Part shown: piece after piece, positions 27,416 through 38,773 of the stretch | How positions within the stretch are numbered: position 1 is the stretch's first letter | Layout of the letters: each line of letters begins with the position of its first letter | Assembly: GCA_944372585.1 (NCBI GenBank) | Contig: CALVZQ010000001.1 | Coordinates: forward strand, 136,645 to 200,644 | Length of the DNA stretch: 64,000 bases | Source: an uncultured Clostridia bacterium | Lineage (GTDB): Bacteria; Bacillota; Clostridia; Christensenellales; UBA1242 | Reading direction: 5' to 3' | Notes under the pieces: generated by a model | Database searches by the model: none | The model's input: only the letters and a program-made list of their open reading frames with translations | Told to the model about the DNA's origin: nothing | Position numbers and translations under genes: made by a program

Positions 27416-30400
27416 ATGCCCCCATATTCCTTTTTTAAATTTTTTGAGGAGTGTATTATGTCTGATATCATGAAAAAACAAAAATTCGGTAAAACGGAAA
27501 GATATACCTTTGCTCAACTCAAAGACTATATCGATATTCCACCTCTTCTTGAAATCCAAAGAAATTCATATAAAGATTTCATTGAAAACGGCATCAAGGA
27601 AGTTCTTGATGAATTTTCTCCTGTCGTTGATTATTCTGGAAAAGCAAAACTCTATTTCCTTGATGTTGTGATGGACAAAGAGCCAAAATATTCAAAAAAA
27701 GAGTGCAAGAGAAGAAGTGCAACTTATTCCATTCCACTCAATGTCAAGACCCGTTTTGTTGTTGAAGAAACTGGTCAGGCAGTTGAAGATGTTGTTTTCT
27801 TGGGTGATATTCCTTATATGACCGAAGATTGTTCTTTCATTTTCAATGGCGTTGAAAGAGTTGTTGTTAATCAAATCATCAAATCTCCAAACTACTATCT
27901 TTTGAGAGATAAGACAAGAGACAACACCACTCTCCACGGACAGATCATTCCTAAGCGTGGTATGTACATTGAATTTGAACAGGGGGCAAATGAAGTTCTC
28001 AAAGTTGTTCTTGACAGAAAACACAAAATCACACTTGGACTTTTCCTTAAGTGCTTTGGATACACCGCTGATGAAATTTCAAAATTGTTTGGCGGACACA
28101 GACTTATCAAAAATGTTCTTGAAAAAGAAACACAAAACACTCAAGAAGAAGCCCTTTTGGAATTTGCTAGAAAGACAAGACCTGCCGATGTTCCATCTGC
28201 TGAAACAACAAGAAGTTATTTGAACCTTTGGTTCTTCTCAGAACAATGGTACAACCTTTCAAGAGTTGGAAGATATAACCTTAACAAGAAATTCTCTATT
28301 GAAAGAAGAGTTTTGGGACATATCTTGGCAGAAGATGTCATCTCTCCAGATGGCGAAATCATTGCTAAGGCTGGACAAGAAGCAACTCCAGAAATTGCTC
28401 ACAAAATCAAAGCTTGTGGCGTGAATGAAGTTTGGATTCAACTTCCAGACAAAAAATATTTGATGAGAGGAAACAACAGAGTTAAACTTTCTGATGTTTT
28501 CCCTTGTGATGAAAAATCTCTTGGAATTTTGGAAGAAGTTTACTATCCAGTTCTTGCTGAAATTTTGAAAGAAAACAAAACAAAAGAAAAGAGAATGCAA
28601 GCAATCAAAGAACATGCTAAGGATTTGATGATCACAACTCTCACTATGGACGACATCTTGGCAGCAATAAGCATGTATCTTGATGTTTTGGAAGATATTG
28701 CAAAGACAGACAAGATTGAACACTTGTCAAACAAGAGAATTGCAACAGTTGGTGAACTTTTCTATGACCACTTCCGTAGTGGTGTGACAAAACTTGTTGC
28801 AAACATCAGAGAAACTTTGCAAGGAAAGGAACTTTCTGAAGTTACTCCAAGACAAATTGTCAACCCTAAAGCAATCAACAGAGCGCTTAGAGATTTCGTT
28901 GCATCTTCTCAGCTTTCTCAACTTATGGATCAGGTTAACCCACTTTCTGGAATCACACAAAAACGTCGTGTTTCCGCAGTTGGTCCTGGAGGTATAAAGA
29001 AGGAAAGAGCTGATGCCGAAGTTCGTGATATTCACTACACAAACTATGGTAGAATTTGTCCTATTGAAACTCCTGAAGGTCAGGCCATCGGTCTTGTTAA
29101 CACTTTGACAAGTTATGCAAAAGTTAACGAATATGGTTTCCTTGAAACACCATATAGAAGAGTTGACAAAGAAACAGGAAAGGTCTCTGACAAATGTGAA
29201 TATTTTATGGCTGACATTGAAGACACAGCTTACATCGCACAAGCAACCGAACCACTTGATGAAGAAGGAAGATTCATTAACAAGAGAGTTGTTTGCCGTC
29301 ACAAAGATTACGCAATCGAAGTGCCTGCAAGACAAGTTGATTTTGTTGATGCTTCTCCAAGACAATTCATTTCTGTTGCTACATCACTTATTCCTTTCGT
29401 TAACTCAAACGAAGCGAACAGAGCGTTGATGGGTGCAAACATGCAACGTCAGGCAGTGCCTCTTCTTAGACCAGAAGCTCCAATCGTTGGAACTGGTATG
29501 GAAGCAATTGTTGCTCATGATTGTGGATATACTCAACTTGCAAGAGAAGACGGCGAAGTTGTTTATGTCAGCGCTGACGAAGTTCGTGTTAAGAATGTTA
29601 AAGGCGACATCGACATCTACAACTTGATTAAATTTGACAAAACTAATGACGAAACCTGCTTCAACCAAAAACCTTGTGTTGTTAAAGGTGAAAAAGTTAA
29701 GAAAGGTGAAGTTATTATTGACGGATATTCAACTGATAACGGAGAACTTGCTCTTGGTAAGAACGTTCTTGTTGGATACATGAACTGGGAAGGTTACAAC
29801 TACGAAGACGCTATCCTTATCAATGAAAGATTGGTCAAAGAAGATGTCTTTACTTCAATCTGTTTGAAAGTTGAAGAATTGAAATGTAGAACAACAAAAC
29901 TTGGTGACGAACAAATCACAAGAGATATTCCAAATCTTGGTGAAGATGCTCTCAAGAACCTTGACGAAAATGGTATCATCAGAATTGGTGCTGAGGTTAG
30001 AGCGGGAGATATCTTGGTTGGAAAAGTTACTCCTAAGGGTGAAACTGAACTCTCTCCTGAAGAAAGATTGCTTCGTGCTATCTTTGGTGAAAAGGCTAGA
30101 GAAGTTAGAGACACATCACTTCGTGTTCAACATGGTAAGGGTGGTGTTGTCGTTGATGTTCAAGTGTTCAGCAGAAAGAACAAAGACGAACTTGAACCAG
30201 GAGTTAATGAACTTGTTAAAGTTTTTATCGCTCAGAAGAGAAAACTCTCTGTCGGCGACAAAATGAGTGGACGTTACGGAAACAAAGGTTGTATCTCAAT
30301 CGTTATGCCAGAAGCTGATATGCCATTCATGGCTAATGGTCGTCCTCTTGACATCGTTCTCAACCCACTTGGCGTTCCTTCTCGTATGAACTTGGGACAA

Positions 30401-31162
30401 GTTTTGGAAGTTCACTTGGGTCTTGTTGCTGGCTCACTTGGTTGGAAAGTTGCAACTCCTGACTTTGATGGTGCTGATGCAGAAAAGATTCAACAACTTT
30501 TGGTTGAAAACAACTTCCCTGCTGATGGCAAAGTTCAACTTTACGACGGCAGAACAGGGGAACCTTTTGAAAACAAAACCACTATTGGTATGAAATATAT
30601 GCTTAAACTTAACCACATGGTTGACAGCAAAATTCATGCTCGTTCAATTGGACCATACTCACTCATCACTCAACAACCACTCGGCGGTAAAGCGCTCTTC
30701 GGTGGTCAGAGATTTGGTGAAATGGAAGTTTGGGCTTTGGAAGCTTATGGTGCTTCTCATGTTCTTCAAGAAATGCTTACTGTTAAGTCCGATGATGTTG
30801 TCGGAAGAGTTAAAACATTTGAAGCTATTGTCAAAGGTCAACCTATTGCTGAACCTGGAATTCCAGAAAGCTTCAAAGTTTTGGTTAAGGAATTGCAGGC
30901 TCTTGCACTTGATGTCAAGATTTTGACAGAAAATGATGAAGAGATTGAACTTCCAGAACTCTCTCAAGACGAACAAGACAAGGTTGGACTTGACGCAGAT
31001 GTTGAGAAAGATTTGAAGAATGTCACAATTGACATTGATGATATGATTTCTGACACTGACGAAAAGACAGAAGTTCAAAAAGAAATTGAAGAAGAAACAG
31101 CAATGCCTTCAAGTCTTGAAGATATTGACCTCTTCGATGATTTTGGAGATTTTGACGAATAG
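27416..31162 (+). CDS. rpoB: DNA-directed RNA polymerase subunit beta
   Basis: Unmistakable RpoB sequence ([38 protein letters not shown], acidic C-tail). The ATG at 27416 has AAGGAGG upstream. An in-frame ATG at 27458 (GAGGAG upstream) would give an N-terminus closer in length to Bacillus RpoB. Confidence 0.97.
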   Translation: MPPYSFFKFFEECIMSDIMKKQKFGKTERYTFAQLKDYIDIPPLLEIQRNSYKDFIENGIKEVLDEFSPVVDYSGKAKLYFLDVVMDKEPKYSKKECKRRSATYSIPLNVKTRFVVEETGQAVEDVVFLGDIPYMTEDCSFIFNGVERVVVNQIIKSPNYYLLRDKTRDNTTLHGQIIPKRGMYIEFEQGANEVLKVVLDRKHKITLGLFLKCFGYTADEISKLFGGHRLIKNVLEKETQNTQEEALLEFARKTRPADVPSAETTRSYLNLWFFSEQWYNLSRVGRYNLNKKFSIERRVLGHILAEDVISPDGEIIAKAGQEATPEIAHKIKACGVNEVWIQLPDKKYLMRGNNRVKLSDVFPCDEKSLGILEEVYYPVLAEILKENKTKEKRMQAIKEHAKDLMITTLTMDDILAAISMYLDVLEDIAKTDKIEHLSNKRIATVGELFYDHFRSGVTKLVANIRETLQGKELSEVTPRQIVNPKAINRALRDFVASSQLSQLMDQVNPLSGITQKRRVSAVGPGGIKKERADAEVRDIHYTNYGRICPIETPEGQAIGLVNTLTSYAKVNEYGFLETPYRRVDKETGKVSDKCEYFMADIEDTAYIAQATEPLDEEGRFINKRVVCRHKDYAIEVPARQVDFVDASPRQFISVATSLIPFVNSNEANRALMGANMQRQAVPLLRPEAPIVGTGMEAIVAHDCGYTQLAREDGEVVYVSADEVRVKNVKGDIDIYNLIKFDKTNDETCFNQKPCVVKGEKVKKGEVIIDGYSTDNGELALGKNVLVGYMNWEGYNYEDAILINERLVKEDVFTSICLKVEELKCRTTKLGDEQITRDIPNLGEDALKNLDENGIIRIGAEVRAGDILVGKVTPKGETELSPEERLLRAIFGEKAREVRDTSLRVQHGKGGVVVDVQVFSRKNKDELEPGVNELVKVFIAQKRKLSVGDKMSGRYGNKGCISIVMPEADMPFMANGRPLDIVLNPLGVPSRMNLGQVLEVHLGLVAGSLGWKVATPDFDGADAEKIQQLLVENNFPADGKVQLYDGRTGEPFENKTTIGMKYMLKLNHMVDSKIHARSIGPYSLITQQPLGGKALFGGQRFGEMEVWALEAYGASHVLQEMLTVKSDDVVGRVKTFEAIVKGQPIAEPGIPESFKVLVKELQALALDVKILTENDEEIELPELSQDEQDKVGLDADVEKDLKNVTIDIDDMISDTDEKTEVQKEIEEETAMPSSLEDIDLFDDFGDFDE

Positions 31163-31257
31163 TTCTGGGGAACCAAACTTTATGAGTTTTTGAATGTGAA
31201 AACATTTGAAAAATAAGTGAGCATATGTTCACATGAAAAAATTAAGGGGAATTTGAT

Positions 31258-34200
31258 ATGTTTGAACTTAATAACTTTGAAAAAATTAAAATAGGAATTG
31301 CTTCACCTGAAAAAATCAGAGAATGGTCTCATGGCGAAGTAACAAAACCTGAAACTATCAATTACAGAACTCAGAAACCTGAAAAGGACGGTCTTTTCTG
31401 CGAAAAGATTTTTGGACCTAAGAAGGACTGGGAATGTCACTGCGGTAAGTATAAGAGAATTCGTTACCGTGGTGTTGTCTGTGACAAATGTGGGGTTGAA
31501 GTTACAAGATCAAAAGTTCGTCGTGAAAGAATGGGACACATTGAACTTGCTGCTCCTTGCACTCATCTTTGGTATTTCAGATCTATTCCTTCAAGAATTG
31601 GAACTCTCCTTGACTTGACTCCAAAAACTTTGGAACAAGTGGTTTATTATATCAACTACATCGTTACAGACCCTAAAAACACAGATTTGGAATACAAACA
31701 AATCTTGAATGATAAGGAATATCGTGACGCTATTGAAAAATATGGCTATGGCAGTTTTGATGCTGGAATGGGCGCTGAGGCAATCAAGAAATTGCTTGGC
31801 GACATCGACCTTGAAAAAGAAAGTGCTGCTTTGAAAGAAGAAATCAAGACATCAAAAGGACAAAGAAAGGTTAAGGCTGCAAAGAAACTTGATGTTGTTG
31901 AATCTTTCAGAAAGAGTGGAAACAATCCAACTTGGATGGTTCTTGATGTTATTCCTGTTCTTCCACCAGATTTGCGTCCTATGGTTCCATTGGACGGCGG
32001 TAGATATGCAACAAGTGACTTGAACGATTTGTATCGTCGTGTTATCAACAGAAACAATCGTTTGAAAAAGTTGATGGAACTTGGAGCTCCTGATGTCATC
32101 ATCAGAAATGAAAAGAGAATGCTTCAAGAAGCTGTTGACAACTTGATTGACAATGGGAAACGTGGAAAACCTGTTCAAGGCAGCAAACAAAGAGATTTGA
32201 AATCACTTACTGCTATGCTCGGCGGGAAACAAGGTAGATTCAGACAAAACCTTCTTGGTAAGCGTGTTGACTATTCTGGTCGTTCAGTTATCGTTGTTGG
32301 ACCAGAACTTAAGATTTATCAATGCGGTCTTCCAAAAGAAATGGCTCTTGAACTTTTCAAACCTTTCATCATCAACAGACTTATTGATATGAATCAATCA
32401 AACAACATCAAGAGTGCTAAGCGTATGATTGAAAGAGAAAAGCCTATTGTTTGGGACGTTTTGGCTGATGTTATCAAAGATCACCCAGTTCTTTTGAACC
32501 GTGCCCCAACTCTTCACAGACTTTCAGTTCAAGCGTTTGAACCAGTTCTCGTTGAAGGAAAGGCGATCAAACTTCACCCATCTGTGTGTGCCGCATTCAA
32601 CGCTGACTTCGACGGAGACCAAATGCCTGTTCATATTCCTCTTTCTATCGATGCAAGAACAGAAGCAAGAACTTTGATGCTTGCTTCCAACAACATTTTG
32701 AAACTTGCTGATGGTGAACCTATCGTTACTCCTGCTCAGGACGTTGTTCTTGGTTGTTATTATTTGACCTTGATTAAACCAGGTGCAAAGGGCGAAGGTT
32801 CTATCTTCGCTTCCAAGAATGAAGTTATCTATGCTTACCAAACAAAGAATTTGGATTTGCAAGCAGTAATCACTGTCAGACTTTCCAAAGAAGTTGACGG
32901 AAAGACATATACAAAGAGAGTTACAACCACAGTTGGTAGAATTTTGTTCAACAACATCATTCCACAAAACTTGGGATATGTTGACAGAAGCAATCCAGAA
33001 AATGTTTGCGACCTTGAAATAAACAAGGAAGTAAAGAAAAAAGACTTGGGAAGAATTGTTGCTGATTGTTATGACAAATTTGGAACAACAGAATGTTCTA
33101 AACTTGTTGATAGACTTAAAGATATTGGTTATAAATATTCAACTTTGGCTTCAATCTCTGTTAATATTTATGACATTCAAGAACCAAAAGAAAAGGCTGA
33201 AATCTTGAAAGAAGCTGAAGCAAAAGTTCTTGAAAATGAAAAATTGCTTCGTCGTGGTCTTATCACTCTTGATGAAAAGATCAATGAAAACGTTGCAATT
33301 TGGAACGAAGCAGTTAATGAAGTTCAAAATGCCGTTGTTAAAGACATGGATACATTCAATCCTTTCAACTTGATGGTTGGTTCTGGCGCTCGTGGTAATG
33401 CCGTTCAGTTGAACCAAGACTGCGGTATGATTGGTATTAAAGCCACCGCTTCTGGTGTTAAGAATGACACACCTATCAAATCTTCATTCAAACAAGGTTT
33501 GACACCAATTGAATATTTCATTAACTCTCGTGGTTCAAGAAAAGGTTTGTCAGATACCGCTCTTAAAACAGCTGACTCTGGTTATTTGACAAGAAGACTT
33601 GTTGATATCGCTCAAGATGTTGTCATCACAACAGAGGACTGTTTTGCTGATGCTGGCGAGAAAGTTAAGGGTGTTATGGTTTCTGACCTTGTTAAAGATG
33701 GTTTTGTTCAAGAAACTTTGGACGAAAGAATCTATGGAAGAGTTGCAGTTGATGACATTGTTGACCCAAAGACCAAAGAAGTTATCGTTCCTGCAAACAC
33801 TATGATTTCCAAAGAACAAGCTGCAAGAGTTGTTAAGGCTGGAATCAAAGAAGTTCAAATTCGCTCTCTTATCACTTGCCGTTGCAAACATGGTGTTTGT
33901 GCAAAGTGTTATGGAAGAAACCTCGCTGGCAAGGATATGGTTACATTGGGTGAAGCAGTTGGTATTATTGCTGCTCAATCAATCGGTGAACCTGGTACAC
34001 AGCTTACTATGAGAACTTTCCACACTGGTGGTGCTGCAGTTGCTGCCGATATTACTCAAGGTCTTCCTAGAGTTGAAGAAATTTTTGAAGCAAGACGACC
34101 TAAGGGTGAGTGTTTGCTTTCAGAAGTTTCTGGAAAAGTTCACATCAAAGAAGATGCTAAAAATTATTTGATCACAATTGTGACAGGTGAGGGTGATATT

Positions 34201-34791
34201 GATTATGAAGTAAGAAAACCTGCTGTTCTCAAAGTGAAAAATGGCGAAACTGTTGAACCAGGCACTCAACTTACTGCTGGTGCAATCAACCCTTCAGATT
34301 TGTTGGTAACAAAAGGTCTCAAAGGACTTCAACAATATTTGCTTTCAGAAGTTATCTCTGTTTATCGTGGTCAAGATGTTAAGGTTAACGACAAGCACAT
34401 TGAAATCATCATCAGACAGATGCTTAAGAAAGTTAAGATTGAAGATTCTGGAGACACAAACCTTCTTTCTGGTGAAATTGTTGACATTTCTCGTTGTGAT
34501 GAAGAAAATGAAAGAGTTTTGAAGTCTGGTGGAAAACCTGCCATTGCCAGAAGAATCCTTTTGGGTATCACAAAGGCATCTCTTTCTACAGAATCTTTCC
34601 TCTCTGCTTCATCATTCCAGGAAACATCAAGAGTTTTGACAGATGCTGCAATCAAAGGAAAGGTTGACAATCTTATGGGTATCAAGGAAAATGTTATCAT
34701 TGGAAAACTTATTCCTGCTGGTACTGGACTTAAGAAATATAGAACAGTTGTTCCTGTTAAGGTTGAAACAGAAGAAACAAATGTTGGTTAA
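31258..34791 (+). CDS. rpoC: DNA-directed RNA polymerase subunit beta'
   Basis: Zinc-binding CHCGKY...CDKCGV, catalytic NADFDGDQM, 1177 aa. Confidence 0.98.
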   Translation: MFELNNFEKIKIGIASPEKIREWSHGEVTKPETINYRTQKPEKDGLFCEKIFGPKKDWECHCGKYKRIRYRGVVCDKCGVEVTRSKVRRERMGHIELAAPCTHLWYFRSIPSRIGTLLDLTPKTLEQVVYYINYIVTDPKNTDLEYKQILNDKEYRDAIEKYGYGSFDAGMGAEAIKKLLGDIDLEKESAALKEEIKTSKGQRKVKAAKKLDVVESFRKSGNNPTWMVLDVIPVLPPDLRPMVPLDGGRYATSDLNDLYRRVINRNNRLKKLMELGAPDVIIRNEKRMLQEAVDNLIDNGKRGKPVQGSKQRDLKSLTAMLGGKQGRFRQNLLGKRVDYSGRSVIVVGPELKIYQCGLPKEMALELFKPFIINRLIDMNQSNNIKSAKRMIEREKPIVWDVLADVIKDHPVLLNRAPTLHRLSVQAFEPVLVEGKAIKLHPSVCAAFNADFDGDQMPVHIPLSIDARTEARTLMLASNNILKLADGEPIVTPAQDVVLGCYYLTLIKPGAKGEGSIFASKNEVIYAYQTKNLDLQAVITVRLSKEVDGKTYTKRVTTTVGRILFNNIIPQNLGYVDRSNPENVCDLEINKEVKKKDLGRIVADCYDKFGTTECSKLVDRLKDIGYKYSTLASISVNIYDIQEPKEKAEILKEAEAKVLENEKLLRRGLITLDEKINENVAIWNEAVNEVQNAVVKDMDTFNPFNLMVGSGARGNAVQLNQDCGMIGIKATASGVKNDTPIKSSFKQGLTPIEYFINSRGSRKGLSDTALKTADSGYLTRRLVDIAQDVVITTEDCFADAGEKVKGVMVSDLVKDGFVQETLDERIYGRVAVDDIVDPKTKEVIVPANTMISKEQAARVVKAGIKEVQIRSLITCRCKHGVCAKCYGRNLAGKDMVTLGEAVGIIAAQSIGEPGTQLTMRTFHTGGAAVAADITQGLPRVEEIFEARRPKGECLLSEVSGKVHIKEDAKNYLITIVTGEGDIDYEVRKPAVLKVKNGETVEPGTQLTAGAINPSDLLVTKGLKGLQQYLLSEVISVYRGQDVKVNDKHIEIIIRQMLKKVKIEDSGDTNLLSGEIVDISRCDEENERVLKSGGKPAIARRILLGITKASLSTESFLSASSFQETSRVLTDAAIKGKVDNLMGIKENVIIGKLIPAGTGLKKYRTVVPVKVETEETNVG

Positions 34792-34796
34792 TTCAA

Positions 34797-34827
34797 AAGA
34801 CTTCCAATTTGGAAGTCTTTTTTTTCT
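34797..34827 (+). terminator. rho-independent terminator after rpoC
   Basis: AAGACTTCCA / TGGAAGTCTT palindrome followed by a T-run. Confidence 0.8.
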
Positions 34828-34917
34828 CGAAATGAAAAATTTTATGAAATAATATCAATTTATGTATTGTGTTCCTGAAACTTTAATGTTATAATCAAAT
34901 TGTTAAGGGGATAAGAT

Positions 34918-35916
34918 ATGGAAGAGAATAAATTTGTGTTTGAAGGTGTTGATTATGACAGAATGGAAGATGAGAAACTTCTTTATGAGTTTGTGAAACT
35001 GTATTCATATTATGTTTCAGATTTTCGATACTGTTACAAAACTACGCGACAAGCTATGAGAAAAAAGTTTGAAAAAATCAAGCAGAATGTGATGGATTTG
35101 GCAGAAAGAGGATCTTTGAAAGCATTGTCGTTTTATTTAAATCAAGAGGAAAAGGCTGAGTGGGACGATAGACTTGTTGCAATTGCAAAGAGAATTGAAG
35201 GCAGAGGTGACTTAAAAACTCCTGAAGAATGGGAGGTTGTTGCCGCGCTTCATATCTATGATCAAGTTTATGTAATCATTGACAGTGAAATTGATACGGT
35301 TAAAAAGCTTAACGAAGCAATTGAAAGCGAATGGTTCAGATTTAATGAACTTGAGTACGAGCGCGATCATGGAAGATATTTTGATCCTTTTAATGATCTA
35401 TATCGCACCAACAGATATTCGAAAGAAGATTTTGATGATTTGGTGAACGCGAGCTATAGGAAATGCAATTGGTTTTATCAATGTTTGAAAACAGGTGCAT
35501 ATGCTGATGCTCTCAAACATGCACAGATTGGTTATTATGGAAGATATATGAAGAAAGAAAGCGTTGTAGACCTTTGGCATTTTTTGGAATTAAAAAAATC
35601 TCCTTATGACCTTTATTTTGAAACTGAGGAACTGAAAAAACTTACAGGTGGAGATTATTATTTAGGAGATTGTCACTTCTTTGCCATTTTAAAAAAAGAA
35701 GCGCGCAAGAAGTTTTTTAACAGGATTCTACACAAAAATAAAAGTCAAGAAAGCATTCTAGATGGTTTTGCTTTTGCCCGTTCTATGAATTTGCTTGGGA
35801 AAGCAAGTGGCTTTGTGGGTGTTGGAAAGTATGATAAGAAAATTGACCAAGGTTATGTGGAAACTGCGGAAAAAACTGGAGCATTTGGTAAGAAAGAAGC
35901 AATTTTTGAAAATTAA
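34918..35916 (+). CDS. hypothetical protein (332 aa)
   Basis: ATG with AAGGGGA upstream. Helical-looking and rich in Tyr and Glu. No motif recognised. Confidence 0.6.
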   Translation: MEENKFVFEGVDYDRMEDEKLLYEFVKLYSYYVSDFRYCYKTTRQAMRKKFEKIKQNVMDLAERGSLKALSFYLNQEEKAEWDDRLVAIAKRIEGRGDLKTPEEWEVVAALHIYDQVYVIIDSEIDTVKKLNEAIESEWFRFNELEYERDHGRYFDPFNDLYRTNRYSKEDFDDLVNASYRKCNWFYQCLKTGAYADALKHAQIGYYGRYMKKESVVDLWHFLELKKSPYDLYFETEELKKLTGGDYYLGDCHFFAILKKEARKKFFNRILHKNKSQESILDGFAFARSMNLLGKASGFVGVGKYDKKIDQGYVETAEKTGAFGKKEAIFEN

Positions 35917-36095
35917 AATTTTTATCGACAAATGTAATTTTTCTATTAAAATGGAAATATAATTTTTAAAGGAGCAAATTATATTTGGGTTTATTGCTGT
36001 TAACAACAATAATAACACATTAAACTTAATGAGTTTCTTTTGCGTTGTTGATTGACAGTTAATTGAAATCAAAAAACTAAGTATGTTAATTTAAC

Positions 36096-36806
36096 TTACT
36101 TAGTTTTTAATAATTTTTTGAACCCTGTTTTAAAATATTTGAAATTATTTTTATAGAACATATTTGGAACTCGATTGTTTGGAGTGACGTCTGTGCAAAC
36201 GGTTAGTGTTTGTATATTGTTTTCAAATGCATATTTCTTTATGTAATCGAAAAGTTTAGAATTGTAGCCTTTAGATCTATATTCCGGCAAGGTATAGGTC
36301 AAGTATATGTGAATATTGTTATTTTGTGGTTCGTATTGCCAAGTTAAAATGCTCAATATTTTTCCGTTTTGGTTGTAAGCAATGCAATTTTTGCCAGCCT
36401 TATACCAATTTTTCTCCTCACCATTTTTATCAAACATGCTTGGTTCTCTCTTGGCTAGTTCATGAACTTGATTAATAAGTTCTTTTCTTACGAGTTTTCG
36501 TTTGGTTATGATTTTGATATTTTTGTCAGGAATTAAGTTTTTGTCACAATCAGAAATATTGTAAATATACCAATGATAAATTGGAAGGAAATTTAGATCT
36601 CTAGCTTTCGCCAGCAAGTGCTGGTTGTTGATGTCAAAAGTAATTTCAACTGCTTGTGTTTTTAATTTGTCAAGATTTTTAATGAGAAAATCAAAAAGAT
36701 TTTCATCAAGAGTGTCATAAATAGAAATCGCGGAATATTTTTTGTAATTATCCCACAATATTCCTTTTTCCACATCTTTAAAACTTTTCAAAAATTCTTC
36801 TTTCAT
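36096..36806 (-). CDS. GNAT-family N-acetyltransferase (C-terminal domain)
   Basis: C-terminus IHIYLTYTLPEYRSKGYNSKLFDYIKKYAFENNIQTL matches the acetyl-CoA-binding core. The start is trimmed to the ATG at 36806 because the longer ORF (to 36962) runs through the tRNA-Leu gene. Confidence 0.65.
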   Translation of the reverse strand: MKEEFLKSFKDVEKGILWDNYKKYSAISIYDTLDENLFDFLIKNLDKLKTQAVEITFDINNQHLLAKARDLNFLPIYHWYIYNISDCDKNLIPDKNIKIITKRKLVRKELINQVHELAKREPSMFDKNGEEKNWYKAGKNCIAYNQNGKILSILTWQYEPQNNNIHIYLTYTLPEYRSKGYNSKLFDYIKKYAFENNIQTLTVCTDVTPNNRVPNMFYKNNFKYFKTGFKKLLKTK

Positions 36807-36813
36807 GAAATTC

Positions 36814-36899
36814 TGGTGCCGAAGGTGGGAGTCGAACCCACATGAAGTTGCCCTCGCGGGATTTTGAGTCCCGTGCGTCTGCCATTCCGCCACTTCGGC
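36814..36899 (-). tRNA. tRNA-Leu(CAA), type II with a long variable arm and encoded CCA
   Basis: Minus-strand read: GCCGAAG-TG-GCGGAATGGCAGACGC-A-CGGGA-CTCAAAA-TCCCG-CGAGGGCAACTTCATG-GTGGG-TTCGACT-CCCAC-CTTCGGC-A-CCA. All stems pair. Confidence 0.93.
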
Positions 36900-36919
36900 A
36901 AGTTTTTGTTGACTAGCAT

Positions 36920-36948
36920 ATTTTAGCATAAATATATTTTTTTTACAA
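36920..36948 (-). promoter_or_regulatory. promoter of tRNA-Leu (and probably the downstream GNAT gene)
   Basis: On the minus strand: TTGTAA (36948-36943), 17-nt spacer, TAAAAT (36925-36920). Confidence 0.55.
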
Positions 36949-37024
36949 GCGTTTTTAGCCATTTTTTTATATCTCTCTTGAATTTGTTTTGTTTCTATGA
37001 TATAATTGATCTTGAGGTTTGATT

Positions 37025-38671
37025 ATGATAAATATTGATGAAGCGAGAATTCAAAATATTAAACAAAGATTTGATGCCATGCTTAAGGCTGAGAATAAAA
37101 GTGTTGGAGAAATAAAAAGAAATGATGAGTCTTATCGATATCTTCATGGTTTGAAATTGATCGGTTTTGATGGAAAAACTTTGTCAATGGGAGAAAAATT
37201 TGAACTTTTAGGCTATGACAGAGCAACTAAATCTGAGAGTCCTTTGGTTAAAGGAAAAAGATTGGTGGAAGAATATTTGCAAACTGGTCATACTGTTGAC
37301 GATCTGACAAGAGAAGACAAGGCTTTGAGATATATGCAAGATTGCAGGGTCCGTGGAGAAGATAGAAAGTTTCTTTCTTTGGAAGAAAAATTTGAGGCTA
37401 TTGGTTATCCTAGAACACCAAAAAGAACAACAGATGTTGTTGGCAAAATGCGTCAATTGTTGATTGACTTTGTTGAAAGAACTGGCAGATCTTTGGATAG
37501 TTTGACAAGAGATGATCCTGAATATAGATATGTTTGGGGTGTTGAAATAAAAGCTGAAGATGGTCATTTTTTGACACTTTCTGAAAAATTTGCAGCCGCT
37601 GGATTTGATAGAAAACCTAAACATTCAACAAATGTTAAGCAAGATTTGATTGATGCAATTGAAAAATATCGAGCCGAAGGCGGAAGCTTTCATGTTGTGA
37701 GAAAAACACTTCCTTTCTATACCAAGCTCTATGTTTATTGTGAAAGTCTTGCAAAAAGTGGAGAAAGACCTTCTTATGAACAAATAATGAAAGATTTGGG
37801 ATATAAGGAATATTCAGATTTATACTACAGATACAGTCCTCTTGAAAAGCTTTCAAGTTACAGAGATGAGGAAGGTTTCGTTGATAGTTATAAATCAGAC
37901 AAAAAATTTAGAGCTTTTATTCACGATGCTTCAATTTCCCTTGATGTTCCTATTGCTGTTTTGATTGAACTTGTTTGTGAGGAAAATGTCAGAAATGTCT
38001 ATCTGGGAGTTGATTATTTTGCGCATGTGAGGTCGGAAATTTTAAAATTTGCTGAAAACAACAATTCGTCACTTGAATGTATAACAAGAAAAGATCCAAA
38101 TTTATATGGAAAAATCAGGCATATTGCAAAATATTTGGCGACTGAATGTGGAGAAAATGTTTCAACATATGATGTTCTGAATGTTCTGGGATTGCAATTT
38201 ATTGACAATAAGTTTAAGGAAGTTTCTTCAGATGAAAAAGATATTGAACCAATTATGGTTGGTTTGCAAAAAATTGCAAGAAAACAAGACGGCAAATTGT
38301 CGATTAAGGACATATCACAAGAAGATTATAGAGAAATCTTGCTTAAGTCAAGCAGACTTGGCATACCAACAAAAGTATTTTTCTGTTTGTATGACATTGA
38401 ATATGTCGATGGAAGAAACAATGCAAGGCTGGGCAAGATTATTGTGGACAAATATCCATTCATTGATCAAATGAGAGCGAGGAAAAAACACTTAATTCAT
38501 GAAAGTGGAATTTCTGTCGAAAATGGATATTGCAAAGAAGAGGTTTTTGAAGAGAACATAAGAGCAAGTGTGCAGGCATATAAGGAGTTTGAAGAAAAAA
38601 TTTATAGTTATGAAGACAATGCTATGCAAACTTTTTCAAGTTCAGAAATTAAGGATAAAAGCATTAGTTGA
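37025..38671 (+). CDS. hypothetical repeat protein (about 548 aa)
   Basis: GAGG lies 7 nt upstream of the ATG at 37025. At least three clear ~60-aa repeats are present (R-x-D-x-x-Y-R-Y...L-S/T-L/M-x-E-K-F-x-x-x-G-Y/F-x-R-x-x-K), with weaker copies further on. Confidence 0.65.
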   Translation: MINIDEARIQNIKQRFDAMLKAENKSVGEIKRNDESYRYLHGLKLIGFDGKTLSMGEKFELLGYDRATKSESPLVKGKRLVEEYLQTGHTVDDLTREDKALRYMQDCRVRGEDRKFLSLEEKFEAIGYPRTPKRTTDVVGKMRQLLIDFVERTGRSLDSLTRDDPEYRYVWGVEIKAEDGHFLTLSEKFAAAGFDRKPKHSTNVKQDLIDAIEKYRAEGGSFHVVRKTLPFYTKLYVYCESLAKSGERPSYEQIMKDLGYKEYSDLYYRYSPLEKLSSYRDEEGFVDSYKSDKKFRAFIHDASISLDVPIAVLIELVCEENVRNVYLGVDYFAHVRSEILKFAENNNSSLECITRKDPNLYGKIRHIAKYLATECGENVSTYDVLNVLGLQFIDNKFKEVSSDEKDIEPIMVGLQKIARKQDGKLSIKDISQEDYREILLKSSRLGIPTKVFFCLYDIEYVDGRNNARLGKIIVDKYPFIDQMRARKKHLIHESGISVENGYCKEEVFEENIRASVQAYKEFEEKIYSYEDNAMQTFSSSEIKDKSIS

Positions 38672-38674
38672 TAA

Positions 38675-38699
38675 AGAGTGAACGTTTCACTCTTTTTTT
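38675..38699 (+). terminator. rho-independent terminator
   Basis: AGAGTGAA / TTCACTCT followed by T6. Confidence 0.75.
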
Positions 38700-38773
38700 G
38701 TTTTTAATTTGCTTGGTGATTTTGCAGAAATGTATTATAATACTTACATAAGATTTGTTTAAGGTTTGAAAAC

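Noticed and set aside
36807-36962. N-terminal 52-aa extension of the GNAT ORF (ORF-track start at 36962).
   Set aside because: The extension is the translation of the tRNA-Leu gene and its promoter. The internal ATG at 36806 lies directly after the tRNA.
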